From Phoronis australis (lineage: Eukaryota > Animalia > Phoronida): 64,000 nucleotides of DNA. The notes beneath the pieces are model-generated. The model did no database searches, was not told the origin of the DNA, and worked only from the letters and a program-made list of their open reading frames with translations. Shown here one piece after another: positions 40,055 to 53,222 of the stretch. The DNA lies in the NCBI GenBank assembly GCA_002633005.1, contig NMRA01000758.1, positions 1-64,000 of the forward strand, in the 5' to 3' direction. The first letter of the stretch is position 1; each line of letters starts with the position of its first letter. The translations under genes were made by a program, and so were the position numbers.

Positions 40055-41251
40055 TTGTTACTTGGCGAAATAAATTTTGCCAAGTATGTTGGTCTTCCAT
40101 CAAGTTTTTTTTTGTTTGTTCGCACGATACAGGTCGCAATTTTGTCCGATCATTACGAAATTTACACATAACACGTAGTTCCGGAAGTACTGGAAGCCTA
40201 TTGTTTTTCATCAAAATCGGATCCAAGATGGCGGCTATGGTGGCCATTTTGTTTTCAAAAGCTTCTGGAGGCTACAATTTTTTATGTACAGGTTTGAAAC
40301 TCAGGACCGGATGTGCACCGGAAATTGTTTACTTCCGTTTAAAGATGGCGGAAATATTGGCATTCACGCATGCGCACCTCGATTTTGGGGAAAAAACATT
40401 TTCTCCTGTAAAGAGCACAATATAGGACCAATTCCTTTGAATTTTTGCAGTTATTAGTTTTTATGACTTGCTATTAGACAAAGCCAAAAAACCAGAAGTT
40501 GCTTTCAAGATGGCGGATCTGCCGCATGTTGACCTATTTTCAGTCGTGCTAAGGTGCTATTTATATGGGAGAAGGAAATGACATGAATTTTTGCATGCGG
40601 ATTCTCTAAGGTATACTCTTTCAAATGAACTCTAACAATTTTTTTCTCAGACTTACCGTTTTCGAGATATTTGACTTTAAATTAAAAAAAATGCAATTTC
40701 ATTTTTTTAGAAAAAATTACAAAATTAGGCGATACCATCACTTTAGATAGAATTTTGAACGGGCTTTCAGAAGATGTTTTCCATTTTTCGCTAGGACGTC
40801 TACTTTTCGAGTTATTTGAGATTTTCTGATAACGCTGTTCCTTTGTTGAGCGCTCTTGCAGCATTGATGTTGGTTTAGCTTCTATTGAACTAGACTGTAG
40901 CCTATTTCTTATTGATTTATGACATCTAAGCTCATCATATGAATGTTATGATGTTGTTCATAATCGCCACCACCATCATCATATTCGTCATCTTCGTCAT
41001 CATCTCCGACGTCGTCTTTTCTTCAGTTAATTTCGCCAAGTGTTGCTCAACACTGTAGCCTATTTCTTAGTGATTTCTGACCTCTACGTTCGTCATATGA
41101 ATGATATCATAACTTGCATTGTCCATCATCGCCACCATCGTCGTCATAGCTGTCATCTTCGTCATCATCTCTGTCGTCGTCTTTTCTCATCATCTCTAAC
41201 TTGGTTTTTTGGGTAATTTCGACAAGTGTCGCTCCTCGGAGCGCTTTCATT
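40055..41251 (+). mobile_element. HINE/DINE-1-like (Helentron-associated) non-autonomous element
   Basis: 5' ACTTGGCGAAA...TTTGCCAAGT short inverted repeat, 3' subTIR TTTCGACAAGT followed by hairpin CGCTCCTCGGAGCG; duplicated 3' segment. Confidence 0.6.
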
Positions 41252-41832
41252 TATGATATCGCAACCACAACGACGATGTAAAAGAGAGAATGCCGAATAA
41301 AAGAACAAATTTCAAGAACTTAACAGTTTTATTCTTCTGTACAACATGCAGAGCATTCCGCACTACCATATTTTCAATGAAAATCCGTAATAAATATAAA
41401 GACACTCCCTAGTAGTAGGCAGCTCTACTTCTTGACTTGTGATGCGGAGGAACAACACCTAATATAGATGTCGCTGCCCATCCGATCTCGGAAAGGTCCA
41501 TTGCACAATGCCATTTGAAAAACAACTGTCAGTGCCGTTGTTTAGTAAATTTTGACTCGTATAAAATCCGTTGAATTCAAATCGACAGCCACACAAAATT
41601 GAGACAATACAGAGTATAGCAGAGCCTGCTTAGTGTCAATGTAAATCATGACAATAAGCGGAATACCACATTAAGCTGATTCCGACTTGGCAGCGATCGA
41701 AACCAATGCCTATCATGGTGGAAAATCTATTTAAAGAGCTTATTATTTAAAACGACTTACCGTATTCTTGTTAAAATGACATGGGCAAGAAATTGAATTT
41801 CGGGCCTCAAAAGTGGGGCCATCTTATATTAA

Positions 41833-43773
41833 GGTAGGTGGATACACAAAAAAAAATAATTTTGACTGTTTTTTACATTTTTATGTCATCCTAATCTTTA
41901 ATTTTTGATGCACAGTATAGTGAAGAAAAATAAAATTATTCTGAAAATCCAAAGTTGTTTTTTAATTATATTTCACCAAGATTCAGTAAGTCACATGGCT
42001 TGACTGCTCACCAGCTCAGTAACTGACAAATGGGGCGGATTTATACAAGGACACTAGCTCAAATCTAACCCTGTCAACAAACATTGCGTAACCGGGCAAT
42101 CGAGAGTGCTGTACCACCTGATATAGATGTTGTAGCGAGACCAAGAATAAAATAATTCTATGTTTGACCATGTGAAAGTTGGTGGTGAAATGGTGAGTTC
42201 CTGTTTTAAGCCTGAGCCTGCAAAAAAAATTAAGTTGAGTACGCTAAGTCCTACCGAAGCCATCACTGCACTCAGCTTGAGGAGTCAGTACAGAAAATTG
42301 TGCGTGTGCAAGAGAAGTCGGAAAGGTGAGGTGTCTTGCGAGAGGACGCTGCGAGTCGACGTGGGTGGTGTTGCACGATTCAATGAGAGTGCATGCACGC
42401 GTTGTGAAGACACGCCGCGCGTGCGAGACATGGACAACTACATGCCGTCAGAGTAGAGTTTTTGGAGATAAACCGTGCTTCTGTGCTAGGAACGCGGCGT
42501 GGAGGAACTAGGTGGATTTTTTAACTTGCCGCCAGTCGTAACCCAAAAATTAGAGAAATGACCGAGTGTTCATCATAACAAAATTGATCCAGCGCATATA
42601 TTCAAATGTATCCCTGAATTAAAACTCATGATATACAATTTTAGTGGAAGGCAATATAAGCAACTTTGGTAACTTGCGAATCCCACCCAAGCGACGCTAC
42701 TTGCACAGAAAGTGCCATTTTTTTTTCCCAAAGTCCATTCGGTCAAAATGTTGGCGGTGCAGGCACGTGAAAATGTTGAACCATTATGATTAAAGTAGTT
42801 CTTTATCCTCGTCGCCAATATTCTTATGTAGATAGTAACGCGGCGATTTGATATAACACATATATTGGTGATGAAGAGACAGTAACTACATATAATATTG
42901 GAATACTAACGAACAGGCAAACAGGTCTATGTAATATAGTTAGAGAGTCTTTTACCACAGTGAGTAGAGAGTTCAGATGAATCGCATAAACAATCAACAC
43001 ATGGTTTTAATGATGTATGGTCGGCACACTACCACGACAGACAATAGATCAACGCTAAGCTCCGCCCACATGACAGCCATATTTGTTTTGGTCGTCTGTC
43101 GTGTTTCACAAGTTCCCAAAAATGATTAAAATTATGCTGTAAACAAACAGGTATGTCACATTTTCTAAACATGAAGTGAATATCAGCTTTATTTCTAGTA
43201 CATCAACAAAAATTGGAACATAATGACCGTGCTTTCTGAACGAATTTTGACCTCAAGTGGCAATAGATGCCCGCTTAACTTCAAAGTCGTTTTTCTCGAC
43301 TCTTGATTTCAGGGTAGTGACAAGATTCTTGGGCCTATTTTTCCGCAACACGTGGGTCAATTTTTACGAAACTTACAAATTTGAAATCCTCGAGAACTGT
43401 AGTAAAATCGCATGCCAGGGTTTTTTGATACAAGGACCAGATTTTCAGTTAGACGGAAAGTGACCAAATGACAGAAAGTGGCATGCTTGCCTCAACTCAC
43501 ACACAAAAAATACCACAAAATCAAGATCATGATTTTGTACACTATTTGGTATGGATAAGTAGAATATTGCGTAAGGAAACAGGTGATTATAATCTCTGTG
43601 CATTTTGAAAAAAAATTCGAGGTAAAATTGGATTTTTTGAAAATTTAAAAATTCGATATTTTAAATTTAAAAAAAAAATTTGTCACTTTTAGAATCATTT
43701 CTAACTAGTTTAAACCCCTTTTATACTTATTTTAGATAGGAACCTAGAGATTTGACTAGTGTATACACCCCCC
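41833..43773. mobile_element. Non-autonomous Kolobok-like element
   Basis: TTAA on both flanks; ends GGTAGGTGGATACAC / GTGTATACACCCCCC. Confidence 0.65.
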
Positions 43774-44896
43774 TTAATATAGGTGCCCTGCAGGAAGGCG
43801 GGTGAAGAGCGAAGCCTTCAATATTAATACGGAGGGTCCCTCCTGAATGCAGCCACAGAGCCCCAAATTAAAATTCTTACCAGTATGTAATTTTAGCAAG
43901 AATGAATCATTTTAAATAAGCTGTTTTTAGTGAAATTCAGCTAAACAGGAAATGACCAGTTTTTATCCTGGCGTTCAAAAAGGCAGTTGAACTACAGATG
44001 GTTAGCTTAAAGATAGAAAAGCGAAGGTACATCGTACGCTAATAATAAGTGGGTGGGAACCAATTTTGCTCATTTATAATGACTAATATCTGGAATATAA
44101 CAATAATTCATGACATTATGCTGATTTTTTACACATGGGTTCAATGAAAAATGATTCATTTTTTGACATTTCAAGACAGTGGACCAGAAAAGAAAAAAGT
44201 TATGGCAGGGCAGTATAATATTGGCAATTCTTTACCTAACCCCACAAAATAGTCGGCACGTGAAATTGTATTTTGGAAAATTACTCAGCAAACTTCAAGA
44301 TTAAGTAACTTAAAAAATCATTAGGTCCAACTGTGCTGTGCTGTGAAGTAAAACAACATCAGTATTTGCAGTAAAATGAGTTGCAACTATTTTAGCCAAA
44401 ATACAGATTTCCAGTACCTGGCAAAAATTTGCCAAGTAATTCATACTGTAAAAGAATTTCATTTCTATTAGCTTCATGTCAATAAACTAAATTAAGGGTT
44501 AGCTAAGTGTTAACTAAGGGTTGACTAAGGATTGACTAAGGGTTAACAAAGGGTTGACTAAGAGTTAACTAAAAAAAGTAAAGGCACAGAACTCTGCATA
44601 TGAGTAGATAATTTTGCACGAAAACTTTTGAGATCTTTTCAACGTGTGTGAGGTCAATACAGAAAATTTATGGTTGTCAAGACTTTCAATAAAGATCTTG
44701 TGAGAGCGGGAAATGAACTAGGTGATATCCAGGTCAAATTTCACTACAGAAATTTTGACAGCTGTGTGTAGACCTATTTAATCTAAAAACTTTGACTTGT
44801 GTGCACCAGGGCTAATGTGGATGATGCTTAGCTATTTATTCTATTAGGACTAGTAAACATTTTGTTTACACTTCATATCTCTTTTAAAAATTGCAG

Positions 44897-45005
44897 AATT
44901 AAAAGGCAACAAAGGTGACAACATGACAGCTATCCTTGCTGGTTCCATCACAGGTGCAGTTGTCCTACTAATACTCGTAGCATTAGTGGTGGTTCTGGTT
45001 ATCAG
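44897..45005 (+). CDS. Gene B exon 4: transmembrane helix
   Basis: ttgcag/gtaaga, phase 1-2; ELKGNKGDNMTAILAGSITGAVVLLILVALVVVLVIR. Confidence 0.88.
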
Positions 45006-45560
45006 GTAAGAGATCAAGTGACAACTGTTCAGCTAAGCTTTTTATTACCATACAAGAGTTTTAGAAAACAAAACTATATCTCACATTCACTCAGCAAAGA
45101 CTTACAGTTAGAAAGTTCCACAAGCAAAAATCAAATACAAAGCTTCACAGGATTAAATAAGTTATAACTAAGCTAGGGTTGATTAATTTATCATTTTAGT
45201 TTATTGAGTTTTAATTACGGACGTCAAATTTTAGCGACTCAACTTTGGCACAGCCTCCCACTCAAAAGCTCACTGTATATGGTAAAATATCACCGAAGAC
45301 AAAACTAACAGCCGAATTTTCACTTTTTCATTTTTCAAGGGGTTCTAACATTGTTGAGAATGCTTAAATTTTTTTCAAATACTTTCTATTGATAGGAAAG
45401 CCATGGATAGAGCAAAGCATCTATATGGCACGGTACATCATTCATGAGGGAAATCAGATCTGTTCGCCATATTACATCATAAACTGATGAGATTTTCTCG
45501 GAACTAACTTCATGTATTTGAATTGAGTTTCATCTCAGATATTGCTAAATGTTTTTTCAG

Positions 45561-46320
45561 AAGGAAACGAACAGAGAGAGAACCTGAGAATGGCACACAG
45601 TTACGCAATACCCACGCTGAGGGAACTACTAATCCAGCTTTCACATCGTATGATGAACCATTCAGTAATAATCCGAAGGGGAGTGAAGTCTCCAGCAAAC
45701 AACAACATGACCAAGTGGGAACAGTCCAGGTCACCGATAGAAGAGAGTCCAACACAAGTCACTTGTATGCTGAAGTTCAAGACGTACAGACAGGTAGAGT
45801 CAGGTTACCTACTCTACCATCAGACGAGTATGCAGACGTGTATTATTCTGCTAACAAAATCAACTCTGAAGGGGAACATGCAACACTTCCTCCAGCAGAA
45901 CAGGATCAAAATCACAACAAAGAGCTACCAGTGAGTTGTACTGGTGGAGATTTGTACACACAACCACTGAATCCACACCTTAATAACCATACACATCAGA
46001 GAGAGACAACAAAATCCTCACAGCGTCCCGCCTCTAAGCCAAAACCTCCGCCATTACTCCTTAAACCAGGTCACATCTCAGCATCGTCGCCACGAAATAC
46101 TAAGGGCATTCCACATGAAGATGTTGGTGGCGACCTCTATGCACAACCAGTGAAAGCAGCAGAAAAGTTTGAAATGATGGAAAATGAGATTGAAGAACAA
46201 GCATCACAGCCTAACGACACCAGCAACATTCCACATGAGGAGATTGGTGGCGACCTCTATGCACAACCAGTGAAAGCAACAGAAAAATTTGAAATGACAG
46301 AAAATGAAATTTACGAATAG
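45561..46320 (+). CDS. Gene B exon 5: tyrosine-motif cytoplasmic tail
   Basis: ttttcag acceptor phase 2, RRKR stop-transfer; NPAF, LYAEV, EYADV, 3x GDLY(T/A)QP, PKPPP, C-terminal ENEIYE; joined CDS 1530 nt. Confidence 0.88.
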
Positions 46321-47921
46321 TGACTGAACTTATGAGTATATAAAACCACAATAATAGTTGACAAAATATGCAGCAGTCATTTCATTAACAGCAAATTGCC
46401 CTTATCTTAATATTAAAACTGTACAAAATATTATTAGGATGACAAGTTGGTTGTATTTATGTATGGACACTATTGATTTTAAAAATTTGAAGACGTCTAA
46501 TATTTACTTCTCAATTTTAAAAACAGTCATGTTGGTCGTTTGCCTTACTTATTATTTTTAGACTTTGAAACTGGTTGGCTAAACAGGCGTGTTGTTTAGG
46601 ACAACAATTGTCTCCATCAATACACATTCGGCCATGCCCATGAATAGCGACTATCTCACTCCAATATGTGACAGTGCTATCAAGCCCTTGATGTACCAAA
46701 GACTTGGAGGGATAAACTGGGGTAAACAGTGCATGCCTTTTCGACTAGTCCACTTGCATGCAAATCTTGTTAGCGGAAGATTTGCCTAAGGTAAATTCTC
46801 ACCAATTTAGAACACAATATGGTGAACAAATGAAATTTTGCTTATTGATATTTTTATAAATAGATATTTGTAACTTATCTAAATTAATGCTTTACAGTTT
46901 TCAAGTTCTGCACCATAGCAACCACGAGACATTGTTTTGAACAACTGTGAACATTCACAAAGTTACAACACATTGAAAACTGAAGAGAGGAGACTTTGGC
47001 AATTATTTGTATCCAAAGTTAGTGAGGTTTTACCATCACCAAGCTATATTGGTCCAGTGCACTGAATGGAAGGGAAGAAAGATCACTTTAATTGGTTGAC
47101 TGGATAATTCGAGGATGATTTCAGCAGCTAGTCCACTATAAAAAGACACGTTGTGGGGGACACTAAACCCCTCCATCATATTTAGATGATACCAATTCAA
47201 CTGCATTACAATACACAAAAGTTATGGGTTTAGAAAATCGTTTCAATGAAGTTCATTAAATATCTCAATTTACAATGCTCCATTTGATTTGGTATTCTTA
47301 AAACCCTTGTGCTTTTTCAAAAAAGAACTTCCAATAGCACTGACCGTGAGACAACCACCTGTGATCAATTCAAAAGTGGCAGGTGAAGTTTGTGTTTTAT
47401 AAATATCAAATTACACAGAAAGACTTGACATCCCGCTCAACAGATCACAATAAGGTGAGAAAGAAATACCTTAGTAATTGATCACTTAAGTTGTACAAGC
47501 ATGTGACTGGCAATATTTGGGACAAACCAGGAAATGAAAGATATATATTTAAGGGAAAAAATAATAACAAATCTCCAGTAAGTGCAGTATAGTGGTAAAA
47601 TTTAATTTGAACAATTCAGCACCAAAACATGTAAATCAGTATTTTTTATTTTGTAAAGTTTAGGAGTAAGGCCTGCAACCTTGTTCAGTCCTGATACAAA
47701 ACCAGTCGTGCATTCAGCCACTGAGGTCATTCAGCTGTGAAGCTCAGTATATCATATCCACACTCTGCAATAAATGAATACAAAAGCCCAAATAAAAACT
47801 TCCTCACCACAAATTTGACCTAGACCAACATATTAAGGGCAGTGGATTGGTTTATCAGCAACATGGATGGAGGGTCTCAATATTGGCTCTGAACATATGG
47901 ATCATAACAAAATTTGAAAAG

Positions 47922-47982
47922 ATGGTTTTAATAGAAAACCCTGTGCTGTGGTGTTTCCTAGTAGTGGGAGTCTTAAGTCAAG
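47922..47982 (+). CDS. Gene C exon 1: signal peptide
   Basis: MVLIENPVLWCFLVVGVLSQ then G|gtaaga phase-1 donor. Confidence 0.75.
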
Positions 47983-48597
47983 GTAAGAGTTTGTAGACAG
48001 AATATCAGTTATAACATTTTCATCTTTGAAAAAAGAGCAAACATTACACCATGGCTATGGCAAAGACGACATAACAGACAAATGTAAAAGCAATATCAGA
48101 AATTTTGTTAATTTCTGAACCCAAACATTGAAAATAAATGTTTGCATTCATTTTGGACCACTTGATCAACTTTCATTAGTTTCAACGTAAGATTGGACTT
48201 TAACCAATCTGCAACTATAATTAGGACACGTGACCATGTCTTTTGTGAAAGTAGCAAATAAGAAATGTGCATTCATTGCAAAAGAATCAGTAACAAGACC
48301 ATTTTCATAAAGATAAAACCTTATAAGCCCTGTTACAATAAATTGATGCAACTTCTGTGTTTTTCCATAAAATAATTAAGCCTTAATTTTGATAGCCCCT
48401 TTCACATTTTACTCCCAGGCACAACCCCCCTTATGTAGTTATACAAAGTGAGAAGTTCAAGAATCTGCAAGTTTTTTTACCGAATCTTTTAATAATCAAA
48501 AATAAGGTTGCTTCTTTCCTATTGATGTTTAGGCCTAAAACTGACATTGTACCAACACCATACAGTTCCCTAAAGTGAAAATTTCCTCATATTGCAG

Positions 48598-48918
48598 CAA
48601 AGACATCACTAAGTAAAACATTATATACATGTGCTGGCACCAATCACCTCACACTGGTGTGTAGTCCAGGCTCAGTCATCCAACTTGTCAGTACACTGTA
48701 TGGAGCTCATTACTATCTGCATGACACAAGGTGTCAGTACATTGATGGAGACTGCCTCCATGAGGATAACGTTCAGGGATCAACAGGAAGTGACCAGCTG
48801 GTCAAGGACTGCAATGGGAAAACAACTTGCACTGTTACCATCAAGGGGGCCTATCTGAGCTGTCATTTTGCCCACATTCCCTCAGATTATGTGGGTGTGC
48901 ACTATAACTGTGTGACTG
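48598..48918 (+). CDS. Gene C exon 2: SUEL/Gal_Lectin-like domain (8 Cys)
   Basis: ttgcag/gtaagt, phase 1-1; YTCAGTNHLTLVCSPGSVIQLVSTLYGA...RCQYIDGDC...DCNGKTTCTVTI...LSCHFAHIPSDYVGVHYNCVT. Confidence 0.9.
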
Positions 48919-49687
48919 GTAAGTTACTTTGAACATGGGGGATAGGTCCAATTTGGGCGAGCGTGATCACTCAAGGATGATGGATAATAAGGTAGTTGAC
49001 AAGCAGACTAGAACAACCGTTTAGCCACTTAAGTCCCGTTTAGAATTCAAATTTTGACCCAGCGCAACTGACACGGGGCAAATTGACCCGTGTCAAGCGG
49101 CCGTTTACACACACAACTCACTAACTGTGGCAAGACAGAAATTACAGGCTGAAGAGACTGGATCGCACATGCGCAGGTTAACAAATGACAAGAGTCTCAG
49201 GGACAAAGAACCCGTACATAGGTCATAAGGCAAGCGCAGTAGAGATGATCCTTTCTGCCTTGCCCCATTTTAGCGTTTAGACATGTAATTGACATGGAGC
49301 AAGATGTTCTGGCGCAAATAGCTCTACCTCACAAACGGGTGGCAAAATTTGTCATCGCGGTGTCAATTTGCTCTGTGTCAGTTTACACACTGGAACAACT
49401 GGTTCAGTGTCAGCTGATCTGTGTCAACTTTTGAAGAGTTAAACAGCACTATAGTTATACATAAAGTGTCAAGAAGGAAATGATAACAAGAGTAAAGAGG
49501 GAAGAAGCTAACAAAACTAATTATAGAATGTATATTAACTACATTTTGCTAAAACTATTGTTAAAACGGGTTTGTTTATCAATTTACTCAAGTACAGCTG
49601 CATGTACATTGGGACACAATTTCAAAAACTGATCAAATGATTCTAAATCTGCCGTTCTTGACTAATACAGTTTCAATTTTTATCCAG

Positions 49688-49786
49688 CTCCAACACATTT
49701 CAATTCTGTATCATCATCTGCAGCCGGTATGACCAACGTCCAGCAAACAACACAGAGCCAAGGACCAATACATAAACCTATCAAAG
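49688..49786 (+). CDS. Gene C stalk exon 3a
   Basis: tatccag/gtgaaa, phase 1-1; APTHFNSVSSSAAGMTNVQQTTQSQGPIHKPIK. Confidence 0.7.
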
Positions 49787-50070
49787 GTGAAACTAATGCT
49801 AAAACTAATATTCGGCAAACTGGGGTTCATAAATATTCACCATTGCAGTTATTTCATCTATTTTTGAGGCTTACATCTACTACATGTTCCATAACAGTTG
49901 TCGCAATAATTGTTTGAGACATACATGGCAATAGTGAAGCATTTTGCTAAAATGTATAGTAATAATAGCTACACAACTGCATGTGCATCCTGGCAAATTA
50001 AAAACAAGTGACTCTAAACCATCATTCTTGACTAACAATGCTTCATTCCTGTGTCATCCAACTCCAACAG

Positions 50071-50148
50071 GTGGAGCTTCAGACACTACGACCAACATTG
50101 AACAAGCACGACACGGGACCAATAGACCACGACATGAACCTGTCAAAG
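50071..50148 (+). CDS. Gene C stalk exon 3b (duplicate of 3a)
   Basis: ccaacag/gtgaaa, phase 1-1; GGASDTTTNIEQARHGTNRPRHEPVK. Confidence 0.6.
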
Positions 50149-50644
50149 GTGAAACTTGTTGAAAGTAATATTTTGGAACAGGATACCTAGGTGTTTACTA
50201 CTGTTGTGACTTACCTACTGTAATGCAAAGCAAGCTCAAAAGTTCACTTAAATAGCTAAATGACTATTTTTAGTGAGGTTTTCATCTACGGCAAGTTCCA
50301 TAACAGTTGTCACTCACAATGCTTGAAATGGAAAGTGACTTTCAACCCACAGTTCAACATTCGAGCCTAGCTTTAGTTTAAGACATGTAGGAATTGATGA
50401 AACATTCCTATAGAATGACAATGATGTGACAACTTCAGGAATATGGTATCAGTGATTGTGAAACTAAGCACCAGAAACTCGTGAAAATTACGTTCTTCAG
50501 CCTTAAGCTGGCCATTTGTTTAAAACAATATCTCAGGAAGTTCCAAATCAGCTTCAGATTGCTGATATATCAATATTTCTATAAACTTGAACAATAAATT
50601 TATACATCTGGCATACTTTGTGACTAATTTCTATTTTTTTCTAG

Positions 50645-50750
50645 TTCTGCACACAACAGTGAACTCTCACCATCTGCTGTTGATAATGTGTTTAGTGGCA
50701 GGCTTGGTACTGGTCATTATGATCTACGTACTTGTCTGTGTTGTATCAAA
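50645..50750 (+). CDS. Gene C transmembrane exon
   Basis: ttttctag/gtgagt, phase 1-2; VLHTTVNSHHLLLIMCLVAGLVLVIMIYVLVCVVSK. Confidence 0.85.
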
Positions 50751-51020
50751 GTGAGTATTACATTTGTGAATAGTGCTATATCAAAGTGAGTATCACATTT
50801 GTGTGATATCAAAGAGAGTATCACATTTAAGTGATATTAAAGTGTCATGTTTGTGTGACATCAAAGCGAGTATCGTAGTTATTTGATATGAAAGTGAGTA
50901 TCACATGTGCAATATCAAACTGAGTATCACGTATGTGATATCAAAGTGAGTTTCATATTTGTGTGAGATCAAAGTGAATATAACATTTATGCAATGCCAA
51001 AGTAAATATAACATTGTGAA
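50744..51020. repeat. ~28-bp tandem repeat (~10 diverged copies) starting at the TM-exon donor
   Basis: Unit TATCAAAGTGAGTATCACATTTGTGTGA. Confidence 0.8.
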
Positions 51021-51754
51021 AACGATATCAGTCAAGGAACATGCATGATATTAATTGGATTTCAAAAAAATGTTTCCTAAATCACTTTTTTAAAACAAGG
51101 AAATTTGCACTCACAAGTGAACTATATACGAATCATACAACAGGCATTATTAAAAAAAGAAAGAAATGCCTTATAGGGAAACTGATGCAGTTTTGTGAGC
51201 CAGAGTCTGTTTTTAAATGACAAACTTCGTGAAGAAGTCTTAAAACCATCAGCTCACACCAAAGTTTTATATGTAAGAGAATGAGAATAAGTCAAGACTA
51301 AAGAAAACTGAAGGTGACGACTCAAATGCAGGCTGAGGAGTCAAACAGTGACAAAAAAACAGTACAGTAAAAATCTCCAATTCGAGACATTTTTTAGAAT
51401 TTGGGACACAGAAACTCACGCAAAAATTAAATTTTCTTAATACTAGAATTTGGGACAAGGGCGATTTTCGCATTCCATTATTTCACAAACTTCGGACAAT
51501 GTATTCTTAATCTACATAATGGGTAATTTTGTCGTCTTTCCGGTGCTTCTTGAATTTGAAACAATATTGTCTACTTCAAGAATTTGGGACACATTCCAAT
51601 TTTGAGTAAAATAAATAATTTTTAAGTGCCTCAAACTGAAGAATTTTTACCATAATAGTTTAAAATCCTGGAGAAACTGTTTAATTGATGATACACTTTC
51701 TGATAAATACTCATGTTAAATCTACTGCATTCTGGGCATTTTTCCTCTTATTAG

Positions 51755-52253
51755 ACGCTGTAAACGTAAGAAGGATGAAGAGAACATCAAACTGATCACC
51801 AGCGGAACTCAGACAGAAACTTTATGTCCCGGGGAGTCATCGCCACCACTATACCGCAAACCAGACATCGATGACATCTACAGTGACTTAGACAGTCTGC
51901 AAACAGGACCACCCCCACCCAAACCACCGAGAAGTCCAAGATATGGCGCAGTGCAATCTTGTGACCTAGACACGGCGCAAACAGTTGGCGACACCATCAA
52001 CGAGACCGACGATAAAGACGGTGACAATGAAGAAATAGACGACCTGTATGCATCAGTTGACACACTGCAAAAGACAGAGAGGTCTAACGACACCATGGAT
52101 AACGAAAGAGCGACAGGTGACAGTCAAACAACTAAAGATGCTAGTGTACTACCAACAGAGCCATGTGACACTGAGGAGAGTGATATTCCTCATAAGGAGA
52201 TTGATGGTGATTTGTATGCTTTACCAGTAAAACTGAAGGACAGCACAAAATGA
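51755..52253 (+). CDS. Gene C terminal exon: tyrosine-motif cytoplasmic tail
   Basis: ttattag acceptor phase 2; RCKRKK, LYRKP, DDIYSDL, PPPPKPPR, DDLYASV, IPHKEIDGDLYALPVK; joined CDS 1164 nt. Confidence 0.88.
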
Positions 52254-53222
52254 GCAAAGGAGGTTGTGGTGTATAATGGCTTGGGAAAATTTGGCTAAGG
52301 TTAAATGTAACCAATTCAAATTTTTTTTGAAGACACAGGCTGTGCATGCCACAAAAAAATGAGAGGATTTCAAATAAATATAATTTCAAAGACATGGTAG
52401 CAGTTTACAAAAGAAAAGCAGTGCCATCACTAACACATATGATTATTCACCTACAACCTGTCAATCAAATCTCTGGCCACCAATGTTTTCGCACAATGAA
52501 AAGTCCTGTTGTTTGTCTGACACATACTGCTTTAAATGAAACAGCTGTCGTTTCAAAGTTTCGAAAGATTTTATTCATTTTCAAGTACTTAAGTCAGACT
52601 GTGAAGGAAAAATATGTCAGAGTGCAAGATAAAGATTGCGTGACCTCAATATGGCACTCCCCAGGCATTCGGCAATTTCCGTAATGGAATCTGTCTATAA
52701 GCCAACATGAGTTCACATAACTTTGATGGCAATCCTACCTAGGTTTTGAAGTTTAATCACACAACTCTCCCTAAATATTTCTGTGCATGGTCATTTTATG
52801 CAACTGATTCTGTGATCAACAGCATATGGCCTGTGACTCAGTCGTGAGTCACCTGCTGGATTATTGTACTTTACCTACACTGGTCGGCTCTGGACAAGGT
52901 GTTTCAAGTTTCAGTTTTAAAAAAACGAGTTCTACTATGACAAATTAAGCGTTATTTTGAAAAATTTACTAAAGAGGGAAACACCACAGCAACTACGACT
53001 GAAAAACGTAGTTGGGAGCATAAATTGAGAACAAAACAGTGAGGGTTCGACGGCGTTACAAAATTGCTTTTTTCAGCGAATCACATGTTATTTACCCACA
53101 GTGCCATAAACATCCGTCAGGCACATTTGCTGCCTGATTCTCGTGCCACTGGAGTTGGTGTGTTATTTGTTGTCTGATTCTTAACAAGTTATTTTCGTTT
53201 CATTACTCTATTTGTCCATCCA

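Noticed and set aside
45765-45840. Calling HLYAEV/DEYADV canonical ITIMs
   Set aside because: The -2 residue is not S/I/V/L; reported only as generic Tyr motifs
52833-52852. Inverted pair of AP-1 sites GTGACTCA-GTCG-TGAGTCAC
   Set aside because: Short motif with no positional evidence for an enhancer
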